From contig CAXMOL010000066.1 of the NCBI GenBank assembly GCA_964194935.1, forward strand, positions 1-55,259: a DNA stretch of 55,259 nt, in the 5' to 3' direction. This stretch comes from an uncultured Kiloniellaceae bacterium (GTDB lineage: Bacteria > Actinomycetota > Acidimicrobiia > Spongiisociales > UBA11373). Numbering within the stretch: position 1 is the first letter of the stretch; each line of letters opens with the position of its first letter. Shown here one piece after another: positions 19,185 through 28,168 of the stretch. The position numbers were made by a program, and so were the translations under genes. The notes beneath the pieces were generated by a model. It was given only the letters and a program-made list of their open reading frames with translations. It had not been told where the DNA came from and did not search any database.

Positions 19185-19455
19185 CTATTGCTCGACCCCG
19201 TAGGAGAGTGCCTCGCCTCCGGAGCCCGTCACAGTGAGACGGCCACCGTCGATCGTGGCGGTGAATCCACCTTCGAGCACGGTGATGACCTGCCCGTCCT
19301 GCCACTTGACGTCGGCACCGCGATCGCCTTGGGCGCCGAACGACGTGAATTGAACCGTGTCGCCAGTGAGGAGGTACTCACCCGAGATCTCACGGCAGCC
19401 CGTGCTGCCGGTAAAGGTCCCGTCGGCGCTGAGACGCAGCGTAAGCAGGGGTGAT
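19185..19455 (-). pseudogene. Truncated META (HslJ-like) domain remnant
   Basis: LTLRLSADGTFTGSTGCREISGEY...QVITVLEGGFTATIDGGRLTVTGSGGEALSY resembles one META domain. It has no signal peptide or credible start, and Arg (CGC) sits where a second Cys is expected. Confidence 0.6.
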
Positions 19456-19502
19456 GGTGAGGTGAGATCCAGGCGCGGATGGCTCGCCGGGCCCATCCGG
19501 CG

Positions 19503-19529
19503 CTCAAGGCGACCGTTTATTCGACCGAT
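19503..19529 (+). promoter_or_regulatory. Putative FliA/WhiG-type promoter (CTCAAG-N15-ACCGAT)
   Basis: CTCAAG gcgaccgtttattcg ACCGAT, 16 nt before the pilin TTG. Confidence 0.65.
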
Positions 19530-19545
19530 TGGGGCCCTACTCGTC

Positions 19546-20025
19546 TTGGAGAGAGCTCTGCGCCGCAACAATCACTCTGACGGTTTCACCCTGATCGAGC
19601 TCATGGTCGTGGTGATGATCATCGCGGTGCTCATCGCGATTGCCATTCCGTCGTTTCTGGGATTCCGAACCAACGCCCAGGACAAGGCAGCCCAAGCGAC
19701 GTTGACGACGGCCGAGAAGGTCACCCACCTGGTCATCCTTGAAGAGGGAAGTGTCCCCTCGAAGGCCACCCTCCTCGTCATGCTTCCGACCATCGAACCC
19801 TCAATCGACTGGATGGACCACGCTGATTCGTCAACGAGTCCGTCGCAGGTCTCAATCGATGATGACAACGGAGGCCAGGAGTTGGCGCTGGCGACCATGT
19901 CTGGGTCCGGGTCCTGCTTCTACCTGAGAGTGATCAACGGGTCGCTACCGGCCCGAAAAGTCGTTCAAGGTGCGGCAACCTGTGCGTCTCACGACTTCCA
20001 GGGCGGAGCCGACACCGGCTGGTAA
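19546..20025 (+). CDS. Type IV pilin / prepilin-like protein
   Basis: Class III signal G|FTLIELMVVVMIIAVLIAIAIP with Glu+5, and a C-terminal Cys pair. The start codon is uncertain. Confidence 0.88.
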   Translation: MERALRRNNHSDGFTLIELMVVVMIIAVLIAIAIPSFLGFRTNAQDKAAQATLTTAEKVTHLVILEEGSVPSKATLLVMLPTIEPSIDWMDHADSSTSPSQVSIDDDNGGQELALATMSGSGSCFYLRVINGSLPARKVVQGAATCASHDFQGGADTGW

Positions 20026-20107
20026 GAGAGTGCGATAGCCTGGGGCATCGGTCGATCACGGCGGATCAACCTATTGCTGTGGGCGACGTACGATCGAACC
20101 AAGCGGG

Positions 20108-20773
20108 GTGATCCTCTTGCCGATCTCAGACATCGAGATGATCTTGCGGGTGTTGCTTGCCGCGGCACTGGGTGCCGCTCTTGGGATCGAGCGCGAAGTG
20201 CAGCACAAGACTGCGGGCCTCCGAACCCACACTCTCGTTGCGGCCGGTGCCGCGCTTTTTTCAGTGGCGGGGGCATCAGTGGCGGTGGACGGTGCAGATC
20301 CCACCCGGGTTGCCGCCCAGGTGGTGACCGGGATCGGGTTTATCGGAGCCGGCGGAATGATCAAAACCGGATTCACCATGACCGGAATCACCACTGCTGC
20401 CACCTTGTGGTTTGCGGCTGCTCTCGGTGTGGCATCCGGGTTCGGTCTCTATTGGGTCGCATCGGCCGCACTTCTGGTTGCTTTGGCCGCCATGGTCGGA
20501 TTTGCCCCTTTTCGCGGATACATCCGCAGAGGCAAGGTCCAACCACTCGAGATCGAGTATCGGGTCGGTCATGGCACGCTTACGCCGTTGTTCGACACCC
20601 TGAATGCCCTCGGGGCGCAGGCGCACCGGATCTCCATGGTGGAGGATGAGGGCACCCGAACCCTGCGCTGCGAACTCGTCGGAGTCGGGAGAGAGGCCAT
20701 GTCGGGAATCATCTCCTCGCTCCGCGCCCGCCAAGAGGTGATCAGCGTGACCGGTCCGCCCGAATACGAATAG
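20108..20773 (+). CDS. MgtC/SapB family protein with a C-terminal ACT-like domain
   Basis: GIERE, AGLRTHTLV, DPTRVAAQVVTGIGFIGAG and GITTAATLW. Confidence 0.92.
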   Translation: MILLPISDIEMILRVLLAAALGAALGIEREVQHKTAGLRTHTLVAAGAALFSVAGASVAVDGADPTRVAAQVVTGIGFIGAGGMIKTGFTMTGITTAATLWFAAALGVASGFGLYWVASAALLVALAAMVGFAPFRGYIRRGKVQPLEIEYRVGHGTLTPLFDTLNALGAQAHRISMVEDEGTRTLRCELVGVGREAMSGIISSLRARQEVISVTGPPEYE

Positions 20774-20831
20774 CGTCCGGCGGGGTCGCCGAATCTACGT
20801 TCTGCGGTTGCGTGGACGACGGTTGCAGCCG

Positions 20832-21674
20832 TCACGCAGCATGAGCCGCCATCACCCCGACGGTGTGTCCGTTGGTTGCTCCGACAAAGGATTGATCAGC
20901 CACCTCGATCCAGGTTTCTCGAGTGATCGGCTCCGATGCGACTGCCACAGCTCGATACCGACTTTCGCCGGGACCGGTGAGGTGAGTGGCGCGACAGACT
21001 TCGCAGTCCGTTCTGCCTGATCTCTCGGTCATGAACAGACTGTTGCCCCACCTGCTTGCAGCCAGGTGGACTCCATCAGACAAGAGAAGGTTGAGGCGAG
21101 CGGGTTCGGGGGTGATCGCAGCTGCGCGGCTGCTCAGTTCGGGTACGGCATCAGCGAGTAGAGAGACGACATCGTCAACCGAATCTGCTCCAGATAGTGA
21201 ATCGAGACCGTGGGCCGGCATCCGACCCAGTAGCCACAGGAAGATCAGTTCGCTGTCGGTCTCTCCGCGGCGCTGTCGGAGTAGGTGATCAGGGATCTCG
21301 GTCTCCAATTCAACCTTGAGCGCTTCGAATCCGGAGAGGGTGCCGTTATGAGCGAACAGCCAGGGTCCATGAGCAAAGGGGTGGGTGTTGTCGAGCCCAC
21401 CCGAACCGATCGTGGCAGCCCGTACATGGGCGATCGCATTGCGCGATGTGACGCGCTCGGCGGTGTTGCGAAACTCGATGTCGTGGGCGGCGGCTCCAGA
21501 GCTCTTGTACACCGCGGGAGAGCCGTGCTCGTATATCCCGATGCCCCAACCGTCGGGATTGGCGATGCCGCGAGAGTCCGAGATGCTCTGGCGCAAAAGG
21601 GCGTTCTGAGCTTCCACTAGAGAGCATTCGACCCGTGCTGATTGGTTTCCGGTGATCCCGTAGAGGCGGCACAT
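20832..21674 (-). CDS. Class II glutamine amidotransferase (EgtC/YafJ-like)
   Basis: N-terminal MCRLYG nucleophile Cys, NPDGWG, HVRAAT, NTHPF, FAHNG and TDSE. Confidence 0.9.
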   Translation of the reverse strand: MCRLYGITGNQSARVECSLVEAQNALLRQSISDSRGIANPDGWGIGIYEHGSPAVYKSSGAAAHDIEFRNTAERVTSRNAIAHVRAATIGSGGLDNTHPFAHGPWLFAHNGTLSGFEALKVELETEIPDHLLRQRRGETDSELIFLWLLGRMPAHGLDSLSGADSVDDVVSLLADAVPELSSRAAAITPEPARLNLLLSDGVHLAASRWGNSLFMTERSGRTDCEVCRATHLTGPGESRYRAVAVASEPITRETWIEVADQSFVGATNGHTVGVMAAHAA

Positions 21675-21831
21675 GAGGGTTCCTTTCGACCTGTTGAGGG
21701 TCAAAACGCTGCGTCGCGCCGGTGGGTTCGCGATGTGTCGGCTTGGTGACCTTCCGCCCAAGAGACCCATATCCCTGGCCCGCTTGCTCCACGTACCCAG
21801 ACCGACAAGGAGTGCATGATTGTGCGGCGAG

Positions 21832-23298
21832 TCAGGAGCTCTCGCAGGCCACGACCACGGAGCGCCCGGAACACGCATCGTCGCCGGTTCCGCCGAAGAG
21901 GAGGTTGATCGGGCCGGTTCCCTTGAGTAGGTCGGCGCCTGCTTCGCCGAAGATGTGGTCGATCCCGTCGCCGCCATCGACCCGATCGTCTCCGGGGCCG
22001 GCACACACGATGTCATCGCCCGAACCCGCTCGGATCACATCATTGCCGTTCCGTCCGACGATTACATCACGGTTGTCGGTTCCGATGAGAACATCGCCGG
22101 CGTTGCTGCCGAGAATGGTTGCCCGCATACCGGTGCACGAGATCTCGGGCCACGGATCGGTGGCAAGCGCGACATTGGTGGCGTCGAGTCGCAGGGTTCG
22201 CTCCATCGTTCGTTCTATCGACCGGGTCAGGGTCCGCTCGGTCTCGATCCCAAGAGTGAGCGCGTCCTGGGCGGCAAAGACCTGAAGATCATCGACTCGC
22301 ACCCAGGTGGGCACCACTTCGATGCTATCCACGACGAGGCCGCTGGGGCCGTCGACGATATGGAAGAAGAGAAGCTGTCCCTCGTTGGTCGCGTAGTACT
22401 TCGGTCCCCATGCCGGATGCTGATTCGAGACATGGTTGCCCATGCTGTATGCCACGTACTTGCCTTCGACCATTCCGATTGGTTCGACGACGTGGGCGTG
22501 GTGTCCGAGGATCAGGTCCACCGCCGGATCGGACAACACCGATTCTGCGATGTCGTATTGGTAGCCGATCGGATTCGATGTGTACTCGACCCCCCAATGA
22601 AGAGAGAGCACCACGAATTCAGCCCCTCGGGCGCGAGCCCAGCGCGCATCCGACAGAATCGTCTCGACATCGATCTGGTTGGCCGCCCAGGGCTCGTCAT
22701 CGGGCGTGGGGATCCCGTTGAAGTGCTGGCTGAAGGAGAGGTGGGCGATCGTGACCCCCTCGACCTCATACAGGCTCGGCAACCTCTCGGTGGCCGAGCG
22801 GGCGGTACCGGAGTGTCCGATGCCGCGGGCGTCCAACTCATTGAGGGTCGCCATTACACCGGTGGGACCGCCATCGAGCGCGTGGTTGCTGGCGGTGGAG
22901 CACGCATCCCACCCGGCCGCCACCAGAGCGTCGGCGATCTGGTTGGGGGCGACGAATCGCGGGTAGTAGGAGAGGTTGATGTTGTCGCTGCTCAACACGC
23001 TCTCGAGGTGGCAGATCGAAAAGTCGGCCGCCGAAACCCACGGTTCGATCGACTGCAGCATCGGCCAGAAATCCCATTGCCCCGGTTCGGCTGCGTTGCG
23101 CGCTGCCAAGTCGGCCAGCCGAGAGTGGATCAACACATCGCCGGCCGCGGCGATGGTCAGCGAGCGCGGCGTCTCATCGGCATGGGCGGGGGGCGCCAAC
23201 ATCGCGACGGCAGTCAGCAGGGCGACCAGGTTGCGACCAGGGCTACGGAACTGGGACAGGCTCCGGCTCCCTTTCTGGTGCCGTGGGCGGGGGCTCAT
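21832..23298 (-). CDS. Secreted CapA (PGA_cap) metallophosphatase-family protein with C-terminal RTX-like Ca-binding repeats
   Basis: Signal peptide ending AHA, AGDV, ASNHALD, SLHWGVEY, GHHAHV and YSMGN. The C-terminus carries GxGDD-type nonapeptide repeats. Confidence 0.88.
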   Translation of the reverse strand: MSPRPRHQKGSRSLSQFRSPGRNLVALLTAVAMLAPPAHADETPRSLTIAAAGDVLIHSRLADLAARNAAEPGQWDFWPMLQSIEPWVSAADFSICHLESVLSSDNINLSYYPRFVAPNQIADALVAAGWDACSTASNHALDGGPTGVMATLNELDARGIGHSGTARSATERLPSLYEVEGVTIAHLSFSQHFNGIPTPDDEPWAANQIDVETILSDARWARARGAEFVVLSLHWGVEYTSNPIGYQYDIAESVLSDPAVDLILGHHAHVVEPIGMVEGKYVAYSMGNHVSNQHPAWGPKYYATNEGQLLFFHIVDGPSGLVVDSIEVVPTWVRVDDLQVFAAQDALTLGIETERTLTRSIERTMERTLRLDATNVALATDPWPEISCTGMRATILGSNAGDVLIGTDNRDVIVGRNGNDVIRAGSGDDIVCAGPGDDRVDGGDGIDHIFGEAGADLLKGTGPINLLFGGTGDDACSGRSVVVACESS

Positions 23299-23327
23299 CG
23301 GGGATGAGTGCCGGTTGGGCGAGTGGC

Positions 23328-24167
23328 TCAGAGCGAGTCGTCGTCGGCTGCCTGGATTAGGAACCGTTCGATCTCGGCACCAATTTCCTCACCCGATGCA
23401 ACCTCACCCTGGGCGTCGTAGAGGGCTTCCAACTGAGACACGACGCCGGCGACGCCGTCCTGCTCTTCGACGGCTTCGTCCAGGTTGTGCCTTTGGTCCG
23501 AAGCATCATCGACCAGGGAGCCAAGCGGAATCCTGACTCCGAGGTGACGTGATAGCCGCTCGACAAGAGTCACGACTGCGGGGTGGTAGATACCTCCGAC
23601 GTAGTGGGGGACACGTGCCCAGAGGCCGACGGTGGGAATCTCTCGATCTGCCAACACGTCGGAGATTGCGCTCACGATCGAAGCAGGAACGCGCAGCACT
23701 CCCTGTGGGTGGTTGGCGTCGTCGCCGAGAAGATCGGGACGCGAAGATGTAGTCACCACGATGGTCGGGCGAGTGTGGGGTGCCGCCCACGGTATTCCGC
23801 CGAGGGAGACGTGTTGCACAACGCCGAGCTCGGCTGCGAGGTCCGCCACTGCAGTAGCAAATGCACGCCACTTCCAGTTTGGCTCCGGCCCGGTGAGGAT
23901 CAGAAGATCGCGTCCCTCGACGCTGCTGTGGCGAATCGTCACCTCGGGCCAGCGGATCTCCTTGGCGATGCCGTCGACGAACTCGAGCGAAGGCCGATTT
24001 ACTCGGTAGTCGAATAGTTCGTCGGGGTCGAAGGTGGCAATGACATCGCCATCGGCGGCGATGTGGTTGGCAGTGGCGGTCCCTGCGGCGCCCGCACTGA
24101 CCCACCCGTCGAATGCCGCGATGAGTGCCGGGGCGGTCAGGTCGGCGTGATCGAGCAGTTCATACAT
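23328..24167 (-). CDS. PAC2 family (proteasome assembly chaperone-like) protein
   Basis: AFDGWVSAG, DELFDYRVNRP, GPEPNWKW, PHTRP and WARVPHY. Confidence 0.88.
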   Translation of the reverse strand: MYELLDHADLTAPALIAAFDGWVSAGAAGTATANHIAADGDVIATFDPDELFDYRVNRPSLEFVDGIAKEIRWPEVTIRHSSVEGRDLLILTGPEPNWKWRAFATAVADLAAELGVVQHVSLGGIPWAAPHTRPTIVVTTSSRPDLLGDDANHPQGVLRVPASIVSAISDVLADREIPTVGLWARVPHYVGGIYHPAVVTLVERLSRHLGVRIPLGSLVDDASDQRHNLDEAVEEQDGVAGVVSQLEALYDAQGEVASGEEIGAEIERFLIQAADDDSL

Positions 24168-24212
24168 CTGGCCGAAGCGTAGGGGTGGAGCCTGACCTGT
24201 GCGGAGATCGGT

Positions 24213-25427
24213 CTAGCTGAAGTCCTCACATCCGTCGGCGCCGGCTCCGATGTACCACGCCTGCCGATCTGTCGCCGTCTCGCCTAGCCCAAACCCGGCG
24301 AGCATTCGCTCCTCGAAGTTGGTGAGTCCACGCAATTCGTCGAAGAAGTCGGCGTCCCCGTACAGGTCCTCAAAGGCTTCGAGCGACGATCCAAGAGTGA
24401 ACTCCTCGTCGGTCCCCAGGCCCCGGGCGAGCGGATCCAGCGAGCCGATGTCGAATGATCGGTAGGCGTACTGCGCAAAGAACGGAGTTCCTCCGAGGTC
24501 GGCGAAGTCGACTTCGAGCACCGCAGGGTGGTTTCCACCGGCATCGGCTGCCTGGATTATCCAGGTCAGGTGGCGGTTGGTTCCGGTGCATCCCGGAATC
24601 CCGGCCTGCCATCCGGTATCGACAAAGGGTGGTCCCAGCACGAGTGCGACGACGGCAATGGTGTTCTCGACGTCATCTCCGATATCGGCGATCGCCAGTC
24701 CTTCGGGTGCGAGTTTCATTGGGCCGAAATCCGACGCCAAGACATTGGGGGAGCGGGTGCTGACCTCGATCGTGAAAGATGTCTCGTTTGCTGCGGAGAT
24801 CTGGATTCTGTATTGCTGGGCTTTGGCTATCTCGGCTTCGAATGGCCCGGCCGCATTGCTGCTGTCGAGCACAGTTCCGTCGACCCCGGTTACGTCGATC
24901 TCGACGAGGCCCTGCGTGGTCTGCAGGCCGAGGACTTGCCCTTCTCTGCCGTCGATGATGAACACCTCTTCGTCGCCCGGTGCGGTGCTTCCGGCGATTT
25001 CGACGCTGGTTGCACCGTCGGCGAACGTGACGGTTCGTTCGTCGCGACAATCACGGGCCAGCGAGGCAAAGGTTGCTTCATCGGGATCACCGGTCGGGAT
25101 TCGTCGCAATTCGGCTTGGTAGTAGGCGACCGCGTCGGCGGTGATGGGGCCGAATGATCCGTCGATCGTGACCGCCCCTCCCTCGGCCGACGGCTGCCCA
25201 TGCCCGGTGCACACCAAGTAGAACTGCAGAGCCTCTACGTACGGCCCCTTCTCGGTTTCCTGGATGAACGCTGGTCCGTTGGCGCTGAGAATGATTCGAC
25301 CGCCCGGTTGAGTGGTCGTGGTAACTGCGGCGGTCGAGGTGGTTGTGGTCGGAATGGCCGAAGTTGTGCATGCCGAGCCGAGCAGGGCAAAGCCTGCGAG
25401 GAGACCAGCAATCCGCTTGTGGCGCAC
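24213..25427 (-). CDS. Lipoprotein with a peptidoglycan-binding domain
   Basis: Lipobox LGSAC, a Thr-rich linker and [17 protein letters not shown]...TG (PG_binding_1-like). Confidence 0.75.
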   Translation of the reverse strand: MRHKRIAGLLAGFALLGSACTTSAIPTTTTSTAAVTTTTQPGGRIILSANGPAFIQETEKGPYVEALQFYLVCTGHGQPSAEGGAVTIDGSFGPITADAVAYYQAELRRIPTGDPDEATFASLARDCRDERTVTFADGATSVEIAGSTAPGDEEVFIIDGREGQVLGLQTTQGLVEIDVTGVDGTVLDSSNAAGPFEAEIAKAQQYRIQISAANETSFTIEVSTRSPNVLASDFGPMKLAPEGLAIADIGDDVENTIAVVALVLGPPFVDTGWQAGIPGCTGTNRHLTWIIQAADAGGNHPAVLEVDFADLGGTPFFAQYAYRSFDIGSLDPLARGLGTDEEFTLGSSLEAFEDLYGDADFFDELRGLTNFEERMLAGFGLGETATDRQAWYIGAGADGCEDFS

Positions 25428-25548
25428 GCCGCAACTCTACGACGGCCGGTGGCCCACGGTCACGCACCGAATAAATAGGGCCCATCCAGAGGTTCTGCAG
25501 TTAACTGAGCAGGCGTATCCTCGGCTCATATCACGGAAGGACACCCCA

Positions 25549-26730
25549 ATGAGGGAAGCAGTCATCGTCTCGACGGCACGCACGCCGATTGGCAAGGCGT
25601 ACCGCGGAGCGTTCAACGACCTCGAGGCTCCGTCGTTGGCCTCACATGCGATCGGAGCAGCACTGGAGAAGGCATCGGTTGAACCGGGCGAGGTCGACGA
25701 TGTGATCATGGGCAATGCTCTTACCCAGGGGAGTAGCGGTCACAACGTGGGGCGCCAAGTCGCACTGCGATCAGGCCTGCCGCCCAGCGTTGCCGGGATG
25801 ACGATGGACAGGCAGTGCTCGTCGGGAATGATGGCGATCGCCACTGCCGCCAAGCAGGTCGTCGTTGACGAGATGCCCATCGTGATCGGCGGCGGTCTCG
25901 AATCGATCAGCCTGGTCCAGAACCAGCACATGAACCTGTACCGGGCCATGGACCCCGCATTGCTGGAGATGCAGCCGGATACCTACATGCCGATGCTGCA
26001 GACCGCCGAGGTTGTTGCGGAGCGGTATGGGGTGTCGCGGGAGAAACAGGACGAGTACGCGCTCGCGAGCCAAACGCGGGTCGCCGCAGCTCAGGAGTCG
26101 GGTTTATTTGCCGACGAGATCGTGCCGACGACCGCCACCAAGGTCGTAACGGATCGTGAAAGTGGTGAGAAGTCACACGAAGAGGTGACCCTCACCCAGG
26201 ACGAGGGAAACCGACCGGGGACTACGGCAGAAGGCCTGGCGATGCTGAAGCCGGTGTTCGACGGAGGGACGATTACGGCAGGCAATGCCAGCCAGTTGTC
26301 CGACGGAGCGTCCGCATGTGTGGTCATGGAGGCGTCCGATGCCGCAAAGCGCGACCTGGAGCCCCTCGGTTACTACCGCGGTCTGGCCGTCGCCGGGTGT
26401 CCGCCCGACGAAATGGGGATCGGTCCGGTGTTTGCGGTGCCCAAGTTGCTGGAGCGATTCAACTTGACGATCGACGACATCGATCTGTGGGAACTAAACG
26501 AGGCGTTTGCCGTCCAGGTCGTGTATTGCCGCGACCAGCTCGGTATCGCCGACGAGATCCTCAACGTGAACGGCGGTTCTATCTCTATTGGGCATCCCTA
26601 CGGGATGTCGGGAAGTCGGATGGTTGGACACGCTCTTCTCGAAGGCAAGCGTCGGGGAGCAAAGTACGTGGTGTCAACCATGTGTGTGGGCGGCGGCATG
26701 GGTGCCGCTGGACTCTTTGAGGTCGCCTAG
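25549..26730 (+). CDS. Acetyl-CoA C-acyltransferase (thiolase)
   Basis: [26 protein letters not shown] and MCVGGGMG. Confidence 0.95.
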   Translation: MREAVIVSTARTPIGKAYRGAFNDLEAPSLASHAIGAALEKASVEPGEVDDVIMGNALTQGSSGHNVGRQVALRSGLPPSVAGMTMDRQCSSGMMAIATAAKQVVVDEMPIVIGGGLESISLVQNQHMNLYRAMDPALLEMQPDTYMPMLQTAEVVAERYGVSREKQDEYALASQTRVAAAQESGLFADEIVPTTATKVVTDRESGEKSHEEVTLTQDEGNRPGTTAEGLAMLKPVFDGGTITAGNASQLSDGASACVVMEASDAAKRDLEPLGYYRGLAVAGCPPDEMGIGPVFAVPKLLERFNLTIDDIDLWELNEAFAVQVVYCRDQLGIADEILNVNGGSISIGHPYGMSGSRMVGHALLEGKRRGAKYVVSTMCVGGGMGAAGLFEVA

Positions 26731-26771
26731 CCGACACTCAGCAGGCTCCTAGGGCCGAGTGAATTGGAGAG

Positions 26772-26815
26772 CCCTGATGGACTAGTCGGGAACCATGGAG
26801 ATGGTCCCGTCAGGG
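26772..26815. terminator. Inverted repeat between convergent genes (possible bidirectional terminator)
   Basis: CCCTGATGG...CCGTCAGGG with an inner ACCAT-GGAG-ATGGT hairpin; no U-tract. Confidence 0.4.
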
Positions 26816-26818
26816 TGA

Positions 26819-27745
26819 TCAAGCGGTCAGATCGCGTGCCTTCGCCGCCTCGTCGGATGACAGCACCCACGAGGCTGCTGCCGCGTTCGCCGCGATCTGT
26901 TCGACACGGGTGGCACCAGCGATCACGGATGCAACGGCTGGGTTCGACAACAGGTATCCAAAGGCGAGCTCGAGCAGCGTGTGGCCGTGGCTTGCGGCCA
27001 ATGCCTCCAGCTTCAGCGCCTGTGTCACCGTCGAATCGCTGAGGAACCGACCCGCCCGCTCCGGGGATAGGCCGGCGAGTCGGGTTCCGTCGGGAGGTGA
27101 TGAGGCGTCGCGGTACTTGCCGGTCAGCACTCCGCTCGCAAGGGGGAAGAAGGGCAGGAAACCGAGACCCTGCAGCTCGCACTCGGCGAGAACGCCGTCG
27201 GATTCAGGCTGGCGCTGTAGCAGGCTGTACTCGTTCTGAACGCTCACCCATTGCGGCAAGTCTTCGCCATCGGATGTCCCCAGGCCTTGGCGGATCTCGT
27301 CAACGCTGGCGTTGGAACAACCGACGGCGATGACCTTGCCGGCAGTCACCAGCTCGCGCAGCGCCCCGAGCGTCTCGGCGAGAGGCACCTCATCGTCGGG
27401 CTCGTGCATCTGGTAGAGATCTATCCGATCGGTTCCGAGGCGACGCAGACTGGCGTCTGCAGCTTGTCGCACCCAGGCTGGCGATCCACCCGATCCATCG
27501 GGCATCTCCATGCCGAACTTGGATGCCACGACCACCTCGTCGCGGCGTGATCCGAGAGCCTTGCCGAGGTACTCCTCGGACTTCCCTTCGCTGTAGATGT
27601 CGGCTGTGTCGTAGAGCGTGATGCCGGCATCCAGAGCGGCGTTTACGACGGCACCGGTTGCCTTCGAGTCGACTCTGCCACCGAAGTTGTTGCAGCCGAG
27701 GCCAACGACGGAGACCTCAAACGGTCCGAGGGTTCGTGTGTCCAT
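26819..27745 (-). CDS. Aldo/keto reductase
   Basis: GLGCNNFG, DTADIY, SKFG, IDLYQMH, QNEYSLL and VIAGAT. Confidence 0.93.
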   Translation of the reverse strand: MDTRTLGPFEVSVVGLGCNNFGGRVDSKATGAVVNAALDAGITLYDTADIYSEGKSEEYLGKALGSRRDEVVVASKFGMEMPDGSGGSPAWVRQAADASLRRLGTDRIDLYQMHEPDDEVPLAETLGALRELVTAGKVIAVGCSNASVDEIRQGLGTSDGEDLPQWVSVQNEYSLLQRQPESDGVLAECELQGLGFLPFFPLASGVLTGKYRDASSPPDGTRLAGLSPERAGRFLSDSTVTQALKLEALAASHGHTLLELAFGYLLSNPAVASVIAGATRVEQIAANAAAASWVLSSDEAAKARDLTA

Positions 27746-27854
27746 TTTGTGAGGCTACCTGTACAGGGGACCGCTACCGGTGGGCGAGCACGCGCGGAGC
27801 GCGCGAGAAATCCCCTGTTGGAGAGGGGGCAGAGTGTAGATTTGGACCCGTTGG

Positions 27855-28121
27855 ATGAACTACAAACGTGTAGTTCGGAAGGCGGAGGCCATGTACGAAC
27901 TGTCGGATTGGGGTCAACCGGTTGCACCTCCCGAGGCTACGAACCGGGAGAAGCTGACTGCGCAGCTCCCGCACAGCCTGATTCGGGTGCTACGGAGCCG
28001 AGCCCGAGCCCAGGGCGTCTCTCTCAACGTTCTGGTGGATCGACTACTACACGAGGCGATCGCAGTGCCCGCTCGCCACGAGACCGAGCACGCGGCCAGC
28101 ATCATGGTCGCATTCGACTGA
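27855..28121 (+). CDS. Small ribbon-helix-helix protein (HicB/CopG-like)
   Basis: KLTAQLPHSLIRVLRSRARAQGVSLNVLVDRLL. The start may be 27891. Confidence 0.65.
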   Translation: MNYKRVVRKAEAMYELSDWGQPVAPPEATNREKLTAQLPHSLIRVLRSRARAQGVSLNVLVDRLLHEAIAVPARHETEHAASIMVAFD

Positions 28122-28168
28122 TCTGCGGTCGGGCTTGATTCATCGCTGTCGGGCGGACGAGCCGGTCT

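Noticed and set aside
21955-23307. 450-aa plus-strand ORF opposite the CapA-RTX gene
   Set aside because: It is an antisense shadow; the minus frame has the family motifs.
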